A DNA stretch of 64,000 nt from Cyanophora paradoxa CCMP329 (taxonomy: Eukaryota; Plantae; Glaucophyta), in assembly GCA_004431415.1 (NCBI GenBank), contig QPMI01000649.1, forward strand, positions 76,870 through 140,869, read 5' to 3'. Under the pieces are notes generated by a model. That model searched no databases. It was not told where the DNA came from and saw only the letters and a list, made by a program, of their open reading frames with translations. Below, piece after piece: positions 22,543 to 37,899 of the stretch. The position numbers and the translations under genes are program-made. How positions within the stretch are numbered: the stretch's first letter is position 1; the number at the start of each line of letters is the position of its first letter.

Positions 22543-24544
22543 ATGGCGACTACCGCGTTCTCTATTGGCGTTCCGGCCACCGTAGCTGACGCCGCGTCCG
22601 TCGGCGCCTGCCTCCCGGCGGCGGCCGCGTGCCCAGCTAAGCGGCGCCAGCCCCGCCGCCTGCGCGACCATGCCAGCCGCGACGCCGGTCGCGTCTTCAT
22701 CGGCTCTTCGATGTTCGGAACGGCCGTGAGGGCGTCGCGCCGCTCGCAGGCTCCGGTCCCGAGCGCTCGGCCCGTTGTCGGTGCGGCGCCCCGAGCACGT
22801 CACCGCGCCTCTCTCGCGCCGAACCGGCCCGGCAGAGGCCTCTTCGACCGGCGTGCAGACGCCTCCGGCCCTCGAGGGCGCCGAGCTGGAGAAGTTCCTG
22901 CAGGACTTCGACGCAAGCGGCTCGGACAACCTCTTCCTCTTCCAGCGCGAGCTGGGCCCGCAGGGCGGCCGCGCCGTCGCGGAGTACCTTCGGAAGCGCA
23001 TCGCCGCGAAGGGCGGGTCGGCGCTCCGCAACCTGAACCTCACCATCAACATGATGGGCGACGAGGCCGCGTCGGAGATCGCCCGCGCCGTCAAGTGCGC
23101 TCGTCCGATCCGCCCTCGCTCCGCGGCGCCCGGGCGAGCGAGCCGACGTGCGGGCGCGGCGCAGGGAGGACAAGGACCTCATGCTGCTCGTGCTCTCGCA
23201 CAACAAGCTGGCGGGCGGGAGCCTCGCCGCGCTGGAGGGGATGCTGCAGGCCAACCGCGGCCTCGAGATGCTGGACCTCGCCTACAACGACCTCCGCGAC
23301 GACGGCGCCGAGCGCATGGTCCGCTCCTGGCTCCACAGCGCCTCCAACCTCCGCGTGCGCCCCCGCCCCGTACCCCGCTCGCATCCTCCCCCCTCCCGCG
23401 CCGAACGCCGTACCCTCCCCCAGGTCATGGTGCTGAGCGGGAACAACGTGACGCCGGCCGGCGGCCGCGCCGTCGCCGAGGCGATCCGCTCCATGCCCAA
23501 GGACCGGTGCGCCCCCGCGCCCCGCCTCCCATCCCCGTGCCCCGTACCCCCGTGCGAAGAGCTGCGTACCCACCCCAGCGACCTCTCGTTCGCGGGCGCC
23601 GACGAGTTCAAGATGGTCTCGGGTGCCCCTCCCCCCAGCCCCTTGCCCCTCCCCCGCCCACCTCCTCCCCCTTGCAGGACGGGAGCTCTTCCTGGCGAGG
23701 AACGGGCTGGACGGGGAGGCGGTGGAGGATATCGTGGGGGCCCTTCTGGACGGCCCCATGGGCTCCTTCCTCACCTCCCTCGCCCTCAACGAGAACCCCA
23801 TCGGCGACAGGGCACGCCCCCGCCCCCGCCTGACCTTGGCTTGCCCTCGCCCGCCCTTGGCTTAGCGTGGGCGCGGCGCAGGGCGCGGCGGCGATGGCGC
23901 GCTGCCTGAAGGAGCGCAACCGCTTCTACCGCCTCGACCTCGACGCCACCGGTACCCCCGCCGCCTTCGCCCCCCCCCCCCCCCTCTGTACCCCGTTCGA
24001 GCGCCCGGCGGCAGGCATGGGCGACGAGGGCGTGACGGCCATCGCGGACGCCCTGCGGGTGCCCCGTACACCCACCCCGTCTTCTCCCCTGACCAACTAA
24101 ACGCGGCCGTACCCCCCAGACGTCGCGGTCGTGCACGCGGATCTACCTGCCGGACAACGGCATCACCGACAAGGGCTGCGTAGCCCTCGCCGAGGCCCTC
24201 CTCGAGGTGCGCCCGTATCCCCCGCCTCTTCTTGCCCTGTACCCCCTCTCTGATTCCCGTACCCCGGCCAGAACGACACGATGAGCCGGCTGGACCTGAA
24301 GAACAACTCGATCGGCGACGAGGGCGCCTTCGCCCTCGCCAAGACCGTCGAGGTCACGCAGGGCCTCACGGTACCCCCCTGCCCCCCTCCCCCCCTCCCC
24401 TTCCGCCCCTGACCCCGGGTACAGGTGCTGGAGCTGAACGGGAACAAGATCACGGCGGCGGGGGCGGAGGCGGTGGTGGAGGCGGCGAAGAAGAACACGC
24501 GCGTCTCCGTCATCGGCCTCAAGAAGCTCCTCCAGGGCAAGTAA
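22543..24544 (+). CDS. RNI-like (RanGAP/NLRC3-type) leucine-rich repeat protein with putative plastid transit peptide; multi-exon
   Basis: Leader MATTAFSIGVPA... (A/S/R-rich). LRR units LRNLNLTINMMGDEAA, LEMLDLAYNDLRDDGA, LTSLALNENPIGD, IYLPDNGITDKGC, LDLKNNSIGDEGA, LELNGNKITAAGA. Stop TAA 24542-24544. Confidence 0.8.
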
Positions 24545-24838
24545 GGGAGGAGGAGGAGGATGGGGGCGCCCGGCCCCGCGCTTCTCGGAAGCCGGCTTGT
24601 ACAGTGGGGGCTCTGGAATGAAGGGGTTGTCTATCTTCGCCTCGAGCTCGCGATCGAGCCTCGCAACCGCCGCCAGGGAGCTGGGGGAGAGGGGGCCCAG
24701 CGCCGGCTGCAGCGTGGAGGGGGCCGCCGGCCGCGGCACTGCATGCTGACTGAAAACTAACACTTCATCATTATGCATATATGAGCAGCCAGATATCGAT
24801 CGAGGGGTGCGAAAGCGAATCCGAAGGGAGGAGAGCGG

Positions 24839-26949
24839 CTAGCCGGGCGGGGCGGGGGCAGCGGGGGCCGGGTCGGGCGGCGGGGAGGGCGAGGCATCTG
24901 CAGCCGGCCCAGGCTCGGGCTCGGGTCCGGGCGGGGAGATGCGGGTCTCGCTCCGGGGGGCGAGGGCCCGCCTGAAGAGCTGAAGCTTCTCGTTCAGGTT
25001 CAGAATCGAGTCCGCGATCACCTGAGCAGGCCCGAATGAGCATGGCGGGCCGGAACCGAAGAAGAACCAGAGGGGACGAATCGCGTGCGCCGTACCCGGG
25101 CGTTGTTGTGCTGGTAGCCCCCGCTGAGCAGCATACAGATGGGCACGCGGCTGTTGAAGGCAGCCCGCCAGACCATCTAAAGCAGGCGTCGCGGGCGTAC
25201 AGGGGTACGGGACGGGGCGTACGCGCCTCGTCCCGCTCGATGATACATGTCTCAGAGAGATCCATCAGACCTGCCGGGCCGGTGTACTCAGAAAAGAAGA
25301 ACGGGTCGGGAGGGAGGGGTACAGGGAAGGAACGAACCAAGGGGGTCCCCGGCGAGGCAGTCGGTGCCGGCGTTGTACAGGATGAAGTCAGGCGCGCACC
25401 GGTCGATCGCGTGCCTGGGAGGGGTACGGGAACCGTCGGACGGGGGTACGGCATGCGCGGAGGGGGCTCGAGGCGCACCCGAGGGCCGAGCGGAGGGCGG
25501 GGAGGTACTCATCGTCCCCGACCCTATAAATAGCGATTCGATTCGAATCAAGGACCGAGCAGCCGGCGCTGCGCTCGGGCCAGGGGGCGGCCGAGGGAGA
25601 CGTACCCGGGGCTCAGCTCCCTCGCCAGTGAGATCCCCCGCTTCGCCCGCGTGTCTCGGGGGTAGATGTGGCTGTTGTACATGTCTGGGGGGTACGAGGT
25701 GAGGCGAACGCGAAGAGGGGGATACAGCTTTCGCGCTGGGCGGGGTATAAGTACCGAGTATGTAGACGGATTCGTCACCGGCGAAATCGAGCCCGTGGCC
25801 GTTGCCTTGGTGCGCGTCCAGGTCCACAATCAGGCACCTGGGGCCGCCGGGGGGAGGGGGGGTACGCGATCAGAGCAGGCTGGAGGGCGCGCGGGGGGAG
25901 GGGGGGGGGGGGGGGGGGCGGGCGCGCTTCCGGATCCGGTCGGAGAACTCGCGCTGGACCGTCTTAATCGCCAGCGTGATGTCCGCGTACCTGGGGGTAC
26001 GCGCGCAAGGACGCGTCGGGGGTACGGCGGCGAGATGTGGGGGGCGGGGGGCCCCGCACATGCAGAAGCCGCCGCCCCTGTCCGAGGACGCGTGGTGGAA
26101 GCCGCCCCCGATGTTTATCGCCCAGCCGTGCTGCGGGCGGGGTCGGGCCCGGGAGGGGATGGCGAGGGCCGGCGGGCGCGCGGACCTTCACGGCGAGCCG
26201 CGCGGCGGCGAGGCTGCCGCCCGTCGCGTACTGAAATGGCACCTGCGGGGGCGGCCGCGGCCGGCCGCGGATCGAATCGCGGCCAGCCCCGCCGGGCGCG
26301 GATCGAATCGCAGGGCCGCACGAGGACGTTCCGCTTGACGACGGCGCTCGGGAGGATCGCCACGGGCGGCACCTGCGAGGGGCGGCCGCTACAGCGAGCG
26401 CGGAAGCGGAGGGCAGAGCCGAGGAGCGGGAGCGCACCTCCGTGATCATGGCGACCTGCACGGAGCTCTTCAGAGACTCGAGGTAGCGCTCCGTGTGGAC
26501 CTGCGCGGACGGAGCGGGCCAGCGTCGGCGGCGCCCGAGGGCATGCACGCCGGGGACGGGACGCGCCTGCCGGAGCTGCTCCTCGGTGACGGGCTCCGGC
26601 CGCACGAAGTGCTCGTGGCGCACGGCCTTGGACTCGATCAGGTACCTGCAGCGCGGATCAGCCAGGGACCCGGCGGAGCGCTGCGGGAGCGGCGCGCACT
26701 TGTAGACCTTCGCATACTTCGCTGCATCGAAGGCTGCGACGGAAAGCAAGGCTACGTCGGGCGTACGCGCGGAGGCAGCGGCGGGATGGGTTTTGAGCGT
26801 GCGCGATGGGGCTCACGGTGTAGCTTCTCGAGGCCAAAAAAGGTGATGTTATACTTCTCTGAGTAGACGATCGGCAGCTTTGGCCCGCTGGAGCTCGGCT
26901 CCGGCGAGTGCTCCGCTCGATCCGGCGCCTTCTTGAAGCAGCTCCACAT
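24839..26949 (-). CDS. HDAC11: Histone deacetylase class IV (HDAC11 / HDA2-like); multi-exon
   Basis: LPIVYSEKYNITFFGLEKLHPFDAAKY, GWAINIGGGFHHAS...GGGFC.YADITLAI, VDLDAHQGNGH, ILYNAGTDCLAGDPLG, MLLSGGYQ...ARVIADSILNL. Confidence 0.95.
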
Positions 26950-27063
26950 TGCGAGCTGAGGCCGGAAAACTCGACCTGCTAGAGCTGAGTGTAGCTGAGT
27001 GTACCCCTACTCAGGGGCTAGTACCCGGGCTACTGTCCCGGCTACACCATGCGTCGAGCGAGC

Positions 27064-28336
27064 ATGGATCACGAAGTCGGTTCGAAGACCGACGAGAGCT
27101 TGCGTCGATCTTCGAGCATGCGCGAGGAGAGCAGCGCCCCGGCTCCAATGGAACTTGCGAAGCCCACAACACTGTCCGAGTCCAACGCTAGGCGATACAG
27201 GTGAGCTGAAGCAGCTCGATGATGCAGGACCCGATCGGCCCCGTGCCTGCCCGCCCAGCCCTGCAGATCACCTTCAGATCGCACCCACCTGACTGACCTG
27301 ACTCGGCCCCACGAACCCGCAGGAAGAAGGTGCTCGTGTACGCTTTTCGGTCAACCGATGCCATCACCTGTCACAAGAGCTGGGGTGAGAGCGCCGGGAA
27401 GAAGGGCGGTGCGCGGTTCACACGTCCCCGCCCATTCGATGCCCCTATCTGCCCTCCGCTTGTTAAGAGGGCGCTTAGCTTCTTAAAATGCAGCCGCGCG
27501 CCTTTGCCCTGAAGCTAATGCCCGCTTTCGTGTCGCGCGCGAACACACCAGCGCCTAGATCTAGACCGCTCGGAAGCCTGACCATTCGCTCACCTTTCCC
27601 GCGCGTAGATTGGGTCATCGTGAACTGCAAGAACGTAGACAGTGATAACCCTGATGGGGAGGATGTGTACACCTGCGGTCCGCTCAAAGCTCTCAAGGCC
27701 CACGCTCCCCTCGCGATCGCTTACGCTGGGCCACCGCAGATCATCAGGTCGGTCGGGCCCTTGAACCCCCCTGTAGACCTTGTCGCGTACCCCTGACGCG
27801 TCGCACACCGCCCGTTCCCCCTCCCCGGGTACCCCCCAGGTCTTCCTCAAGGTCCGCGCCCCCTCCTGCCAGCCCCGTCCCCGCCCGCGCGATCTCTCAC
27901 CGGCCGCCGCAGACGTACGAGCTCGTGGAAGGACGGCCCCACGTGTACCGTAAGACCGGGCACGTGCGTAGCACTGCGTACCCCTCCTCCCCGTCCCTCG
28001 GGCGCGCTCCGGAAGTTCTCAAAGGTGCCGCGGGCAGATCTGGGCCTCGAAGATGACAAAAGAGTTCGCGGTCGTGACCATGGAAGGCATCGGGCGCGGA
28101 AAGTGCGCCGTACCCCGCCACCGGCTGCCGCCGTCGCACCCCCTGCCCCCTCCGGCCCAGACGAACGCGTACCCCTGCAGGCAGGGCGACTGGCTCGCGC
28201 AGAACAGCCTTCAGTCCTGCAAGGAACAGGTGCGAGGCGGGGGCAGACGCGCCTTGCAGCTTGGCCGTTTCTCACCAAAGCGCAGTGGAGCATCGACGCT
28301 GGCGTCTTCGAGAGGACGTACGAGCCCGTGCCCTGA
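27064..28336 (+). CDS. Protein with two tandem PGDYG-like domains; multi-exon with microexons
   Basis: Repeat 1: RYRKKVLVYAF...KSWGESAGKKGDWVIV...DVYTCDHQVFLKTYE. Repeat 2: YRKTGHIWASKMTKEFAVVTMEGIGRGKQGDWLAQN...EQWSIDAGVFERTYEPVP. Stop TGA 28334-28336. Confidence 0.75.
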
Positions 28337-29170
28337 GGACTCCTCGACGGCGTACATGCCCCGGCCCGGGCCTATTATCGCCCCTTGAGTGCAGCCGCTC
28401 CAGGGTGCCGGCAGTTATCTTAGCTTATAGAATTAAAGTAGCTGTCATTTATGATTACGTTTCAACGTTAACATTGAGCATACAAAGAGTAATTTCTACA
28501 GCGGGCGTTCGTTTGATGATCGGTTGACGTTTTGCTTGAACAGCTGCAGCTGCAGCTGTATACGTAGCTTGTTCGCTAGCGCTGGCATGCAGCTGTGCTG
28601 TCAACATCCAAATTAAAGCGCTTCAGCCTGGCTGGCCATGGGCCATTGCAATGCGGCATACGCAATGCCGCCGGGCACCGCGCGCGTGACACAACTCATC
28701 GATATCCAGTACGTATACTTCACTTGGCATGAAGCTTCAGAGCCACGCCGGCACCGCGCGGAACATATGCATGTGCATGCACAATGCAAGCTTAAAAGCC
28801 AAGCCTGCGGCGCATGCAACAGCGCCTCGCGCGCGCGGCGGCGCGCGGCGCGCTGCCGCGGTGCAGCGCTAGCGCTAGCGCTAGCCGTGTCCAGCTGAAG
28901 GGGGGGGGCGAGGAGGGGGGGGGGAGTTGCAGGTCGGCGTCACGGCCTCGAGTATCTGACAAGAGTGCGCTCGACGCGCTCCCAGCAGCGTCACAGGCTC
29001 ACAACTGCTAGCTAGCGCTATATACTGGTACAGGGCGGCCTCCGCTCACTAGGCGAGCGCTAGCCCAAACAGTCGCTTCGGCGGGCTCGACGCGCCAGTG
29101 CAGGAAGGAAGCGCGCCGCGCGGTATCCGCACTCTCAAGTTTGATCTGGATCTGTACGTCGACAACAGCG

Positions 29171-31353
29171 ATGGAAGCAGCGTGCTTTGCAGCGGCGGCG
29201 GTCCCCCTGCGTTCCGGCTTCGTCCCGGCCACTCCGACTGGAAGCGCTCGCCGTAGCTGGCTCGGCGGCGTGCACGGGGCTTCCGCGCAGGTACGCACGC
29301 GTACACGTCGCGGCCGCCGGCGGCTGCCTGCTCCCGCGCGCGGATATGACGCAACCGAACCATGACCAGCGTGACGCGTACGAGCAGGCGCCCGAGAGGA
29401 AACGAGCGGGGCCGCGCCGGGTTGCGTTCGAGGCTGCGCCTGCGCCGGCGGTCGTCGCAGCAGAGGCGACCCGCTTCCGCGAGGACCAGAGCGTGTGCGC
29501 GAATTCGAAGCCGAGCTAGCCGTCGTGGCCCCGCTCGAATCGACCTCCGGGCCAGGGAAGAGATCGCGAAGGAGGCGGTGGCAGAGAGGCACGAGGAGGA
29601 GATCGGGTTCTTCTCGCGGATCCTCGGTGGCCTGCTCTCCATCAAGCCCGGTGAGATTTAAATTTGATCCAGATTTGATCCGGATCATGCTTTAGGTAGT
29701 GTTCGAATTCGGAATCGCCGCACAGTGTGGCAGCTGGCGAAGCTGCAGGCGCGGAGCACGATCAAGAGCCGTGCCAACTCGGCCGGGCGCAACTGGGAGA
29801 AAGAGGTGGCCGCGCTGCGGAAGCACGACTGGGCCACGGAGATCAAGAAGGCTCGTGCTCACGCCTGCACCCCGCTCCTTGCATTTCTTCCTCACTGACT
29901 TCGCACGGGGCGCAGCTCAAGCTGAACAGCAGCCTGGCGTACCCCGACTACTTCCTCCGCCCCTTCCACTCCTACGACGAGGGTGCTCCTCTACCCCCCT
30001 TGGGCCCCTCCAGCTCGGCTCAGCCGCGCGGGCCGCGCAGGGAACATGTGCTGGGAGGCGGCGCTGGAGCAGGAGCTGGCGCTCGTCGCCATCGGCGTCC
30101 GCGACTTCCCGGGCTCCGGGCCCAAGGGCGCCAAGGTCCGTACCCCCCCCTCCCCCTCCCCCCCCGCTCCCACCCTCCCTTCTTCCGCCGTCCAGGGACC
30201 ACTTAGCTCGGCTTCCCTGGTCTTGAGCCTCGATCGGCGCTGAAATCGAATCTGAATTGGAACCAGGTGCTGCGGGAGTCGTACCACCGGCTCCTGAAGG
30301 CGGCGTACGGCATCCCTGACCCCGTCGGCGAGCAGGACGCCGCCCTCGACCCGTGCGCCCCCGTACCCCCTCCCGGCTCCTTCCCCCTGACGGAACGAAG
30401 GCTGCGGGGTATGGCGGCGGGGCCGCTGCCCTCGCGGGTGGTCGACATGGGCTGCGGCTCCGGCCTCTCCACCATCGGCGCCGCCGAGCTCTTCCCAGGC
30501 GCCCACGTCACGGTCCGCGCGCGGCGCTTCCGTACCCCTGCCGTCGACGTCGGCCCCGCAGCTTGCTAATCGCCCCGCAGGGAGTCGAGCTGAGCCCGTA
30601 CTTCCTCGCCATGGCGAACTACAATAAGGACCGCCTGGACCCCACCGTACCCCGGTGCGAAAGCTCCCTCCCTATGGACCCCCTTTTGCCCTTCTACGGC
30701 CCCTGATTCATGATCAAATCTCGCAGGGGCCAGATCGAGTTCCTGCACGCCAACGCCGAGGATACCGGCCTCCCCGCGGTACCCCCGGCGCTTCCTGCCC
30801 CCGTGCTTGGCCGAAATTGAATGCGTACCGCCCAGGGCCAGTACGACGTCGTCTTTGTACCCTTCCTCTGCCACGAGCTGCCCCGCGAGGCGTCTATCAA
30901 CGTCTTCCGTGCGCCCCCCCCCCCCCCCGCCCCGCCTTCCCCTGTACCCCCTCCGCGCCCCTGATAGGGGAACGTTCGCAGGCGAGGCCCGGCGGCTCTT
31001 GAAATCGGGCGGCATCCTCCTGTTCATCGACCAGGTACCCCCCACACACTCCTCTGTACCCCCGGCGCCTCTCTAACGCGTACCCCGCCAGAACCCGGAG
31101 GCGTACGCGCAGATGAGCCCGGCGATCTTCACTATGTTCAAGTCGACCGAGCCGTGGATGCAAGACTACCTGAGTGCGCCTCCCCGTCCAATCTAGTCCT
31201 CATCGGGCCCGGACCTCCTCACCTGATCCTGCTCGGCCCCCAGGGTGGACGGGCCTGCACGACGGGAGCGAGATCGAGCGGGCGGGCTTCACGGCGCCCT
31301 TCCAGATCCGCACGTGCGAGAAGCACTACGCCATGGTCGCCCGCGCCCTCTGA
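29171..31353 (+). CDS. Class I SAM-dependent methyltransferase of cyanobacterial/algal type with putative plastid transit peptide; multi-exon
   Basis: Leader MEAACFAAAAVPLRSGFV. Family motif YPDYFLRPFHSYDEGNMCWEAALE; motif I VVDMGCGSGLST; GVELSPYFL; HANAEDTGLP; CHELP; EARRLLKSGG; KSTEPWMQDY. Stop 31351-31353. Confidence 0.88.
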
Positions 31354-31722
31354 GAGGCCGCCCGCCGCCCGCGCCGCGCCACTCTGCGCCCGGCTCGGCT
31401 TCGACCTTCATTTCAGCCTTCGCTAGCTGTAGTCGCGTTGTTTCTCTGGGGCTCTCTCGCACGAGCTCTAGAAGTATACGTAGTTTGATTTTTGCGGGAT
31501 CGTGTAGATCCCCCGGCACTTCAGCTTCGAGCATGCATATGAATCTACCGCTTAGGCCCCAGTTCACCGCAGGAAATCACGCTTAGGCCTTCGTATACGA
31601 GTTTCACAGCCGCGGCTGCAGCTGGTTCGGTTTGGTTTGCGATTGCACATCTTCATGGACACGTCAGAGCTCGAGTTGAAGTCGGGCCGATCGCCAGGCT
31701 AACTATAAGCTCTCGACATCGG

Positions 31723-34261
31723 TCACATGCAGAGGATGCGGGTTCTGGGGAGGCACGAGGCCGCGCGGGCGCCGGCCGCGGCCTTCGAGCTCTTTCGCGG
31801 CGGGAGGGGCGACGGCTCGGGCGGCAGGGGCGACGGCGCCGCGGCCGCCCGGGGCGCGGGCTTGCAATTGTCGGCCGCTGAGCGGCGGCTGGCGAACGAG
31901 CCTGAGCTCGAGGCGCGGGGGCCGGAGGCGAGGCCGCGCCCGGCGACGGTCTGGTACAGCGCGTGCGTCGGCACGCCGCGCATGCTGTCCGAGCGCAGCG
32001 CCGCGGCCCCGGGGCCCGCCGGCGCCCCCGGCGCCTTGCAGGTCGCCCCGATCGACGCCGAGGCCGTCAGCTGCAGCTGGAGCTCCCGATCGGTGATGCT
32101 GCCGCGCAGGCTCTGCGGTCGGGAAAACGTGAGCGGTCTCGAAGGTTTTCGAATCGAAAGCGAGACAAAGCTCAAGCACGGCGAGGGTGCCGCGGAGGTG
32201 GAGGTCCCGCTCGCGAAGGTGCCCCAGGATCTCCGCGCAGCGCCCGCGCTCCACGGAGAGCGCCGCCTCGCCCCGCGCCAGCGCCGCCCGCTCCTGCGCG
32301 AGCGCGCCCGCGCGCGCGAAAATTTAAATTTCGAGGATTGGATTTGAATGGATAGGGCCGACCAGGTCGCGGAGGGCGCGGAGGGCGGCGAGGAGGTCGG
32401 GGCCGGAGGCGTGGGGCGGGGCGGGGCGCCCCGCCTCGGCGAGGAGCGCGTGCAGGCCGGCGATGAGCGCGTCCAGCTCCGCGTGCAGCTCCTCCTTCAC
32501 CTGCGCGCGCGCCCCGCGAGGCCGGCGCGGCTCGGCATCCAGAACTCGAAAGGCTTCATGTTAATAGCTATGGATTAAGCAGCAGATCGCGATCGCGAGC
32601 GAGAGAAGCGGCATCATTAATTTTGCGGGGTCGGATCCCTGTCAGAATTAGATCTAGAATCAGTTTGATTTGAGTTTCGCGCGCCTCGGTGACGCTGGAG
32701 AGCTCGCGGTGGAGCTCGGAGAGCTGCAGGTACGTCGCCGCCTGCAGCTCCTTCCTGCGCGCGCCCGGATCGAATTCGAGCCGCTGAGCGGGATCCCGGA
32801 ACGGGAGCGGGGCGGGCGGGGGCGCGGCGGACAGCTCGGTGGTCAGGTGCACGACCTCCTCGCACGTGCGGGCCTGCGGAGATCACATCACGATCAGCTG
32901 CAGCGGATCACTCCGGGCGCGCGCGGGCGGGCCGGGGCGTCTCGCGCCTGCTTCTTCTGCTCGACGCGGAGTACGGCGCGCGCCTCCTCCTCGCGCACCG
33001 CGAGGCTCTCCACCCTGGTCTCCAGCGTCCGGATGTGCGTGCGCGGCGAGACGAGCGGCTCCACGTTCTCCTTGCCGCCGACCGCGGGCGCCTTCGCATT
33101 CGCATTCGATTTCGCGCTCGGAGCGAGCACGCGGCTCGATTGCGGCTGCTTGCTGGCTGCGGCTGATGCCGGCGCCGAGCTCTTGGGCGGCGACTTGAGC
33201 TTTGCAGGCGCCCCGACCTCTTCGAGAGCGGGCGCCGCCGCCGCCACGGGCTTCGGGGGAGAGAAGGATGCAGCCGCAAGCTTCAGCGAAGGGTCTATTG
33301 CGGGATATCGATGCGAAGCTTTGAGTTGGATAATTTTATAATGGGACGGCGGGGGGCCGGGCTGTAGAAATTAAACACGCGCCTTTTGCAGCCGGGGCGC
33401 CGGCCACCGATCGCGAGGGCTTCGGGGGAGAGAATGCAGCCACATGCTTTGGCGGGGAGTCTGTAGATTCGAGTCGGCCAGCAAGCGCTGCATACGAGGC
33501 GCAAAAAGCTTGGCCGAGCACGCACCTTTCGCATCAGCAGCTGCAGCGGGGGGCTCTAAAGCTGCTGTCTTCGGCGGAGATATCGGTGCAGCTGCAGTTG
33601 CAGGGGCCGGCTTTGACGGGGACTTCGAGGCTGCAGCTGCCGCGGGAGGCGACTCGGGGCTCGAGATCGCAGTCGATTGCGAGGGCTTTGGTGGTGATAC
33701 GGTCACTGCGGGGACAGCAGAAGCCTTCAACGGCGAGCTGCCTTGCCCTAAGGTCTGCGAGCGGCTGGAAGATGGAGTTGAAGGGTGCGAAATGCTCTTC
33801 TGGAGATGCGGCACGTACGAATAAACAGCTGCTGCCGCCGCCGCCGGGATTTGCACGGAACGGCGCGGGATTTTCGACGGCGAGCTCGCGAATTCATTAT
33901 CAGAGACCGTTCGGACCGCGCTCGCCTCTGTGCTGGACAGTCCGCGCTCCGAAATGCTTTTGAAGGATGCACTGAGCTGGCCCTTCGCCTCCAAGCTCGC
34001 TTCTCTGCAGTGGCATGCGAATCAGATCTCACGCGGGCTGCTCGGGCGGGGCGCGAAAGTCACATTAAACGAGAGAACGATCACGTACGGAGTCGGGGAA
34101 GACCGCGCAGAAGACGGGGCGCGCGGGGGCAGGCCGAGCGCCCGGTTCGCCTCGACGAGCGCCGGGCGGGTCGACGGGGCGGCCGCGTAAAAGACCCTCG
34201 CCCGAGGAGCAAAGGCCGAAAGCTCCACTGGCGGCCCGCGGCCGGTGGGCGGCGCCGGCAT
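31723..34261 (-). CDS. Hypothetical S/P-rich and coiled-coil protein (KEN-box-like GKENVEP); multi-exon
   Basis: Exon 1 MPAPPTGRG...SSPTP splices in phase to EASLEAKGQL. Heptad segments LETRVESLAVREEEARAVL, LQLSELHRELSSV, ALAQERAALARGEAALS. Stop TGA 31723-31725. Confidence 0.6.
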
Positions 34262-34315
34262 GGTTTGGTTTGGCTGGGGGGAGGCACGAGCGGCCTGGGG
34301 GTACAGCACAGTGCG

Positions 34316-37600
<3,285 letters not shown>

Positions 37601-37899
37601 GCGCCGCGCTTGCGCTTGTTCCTATACCCGAACAGTTACTGCTCCCTGTCTCGCGCGCTCACTGATGCAGCGAGTCTGTGGCGCTCTGTTCGCAGCGAGT
37701 CTGTGGCGTCTGTGGCTTGGGGAAGAGGGGGGAAGTTGAAGAAGGGGGAAGAGGGCGGGAAGTTGTAGAAGGCCTAGGGGGAGAAAGGGGGAAGTTTAAG
37801 ACCGAGGGAGACTCTCAGCCGAAATTGCGGTCGAGCGCGAGCCGTCGCCAGTCAACGCTGTCAGCACTTGTCCCGGCACACAGATTCGGATATATATCG

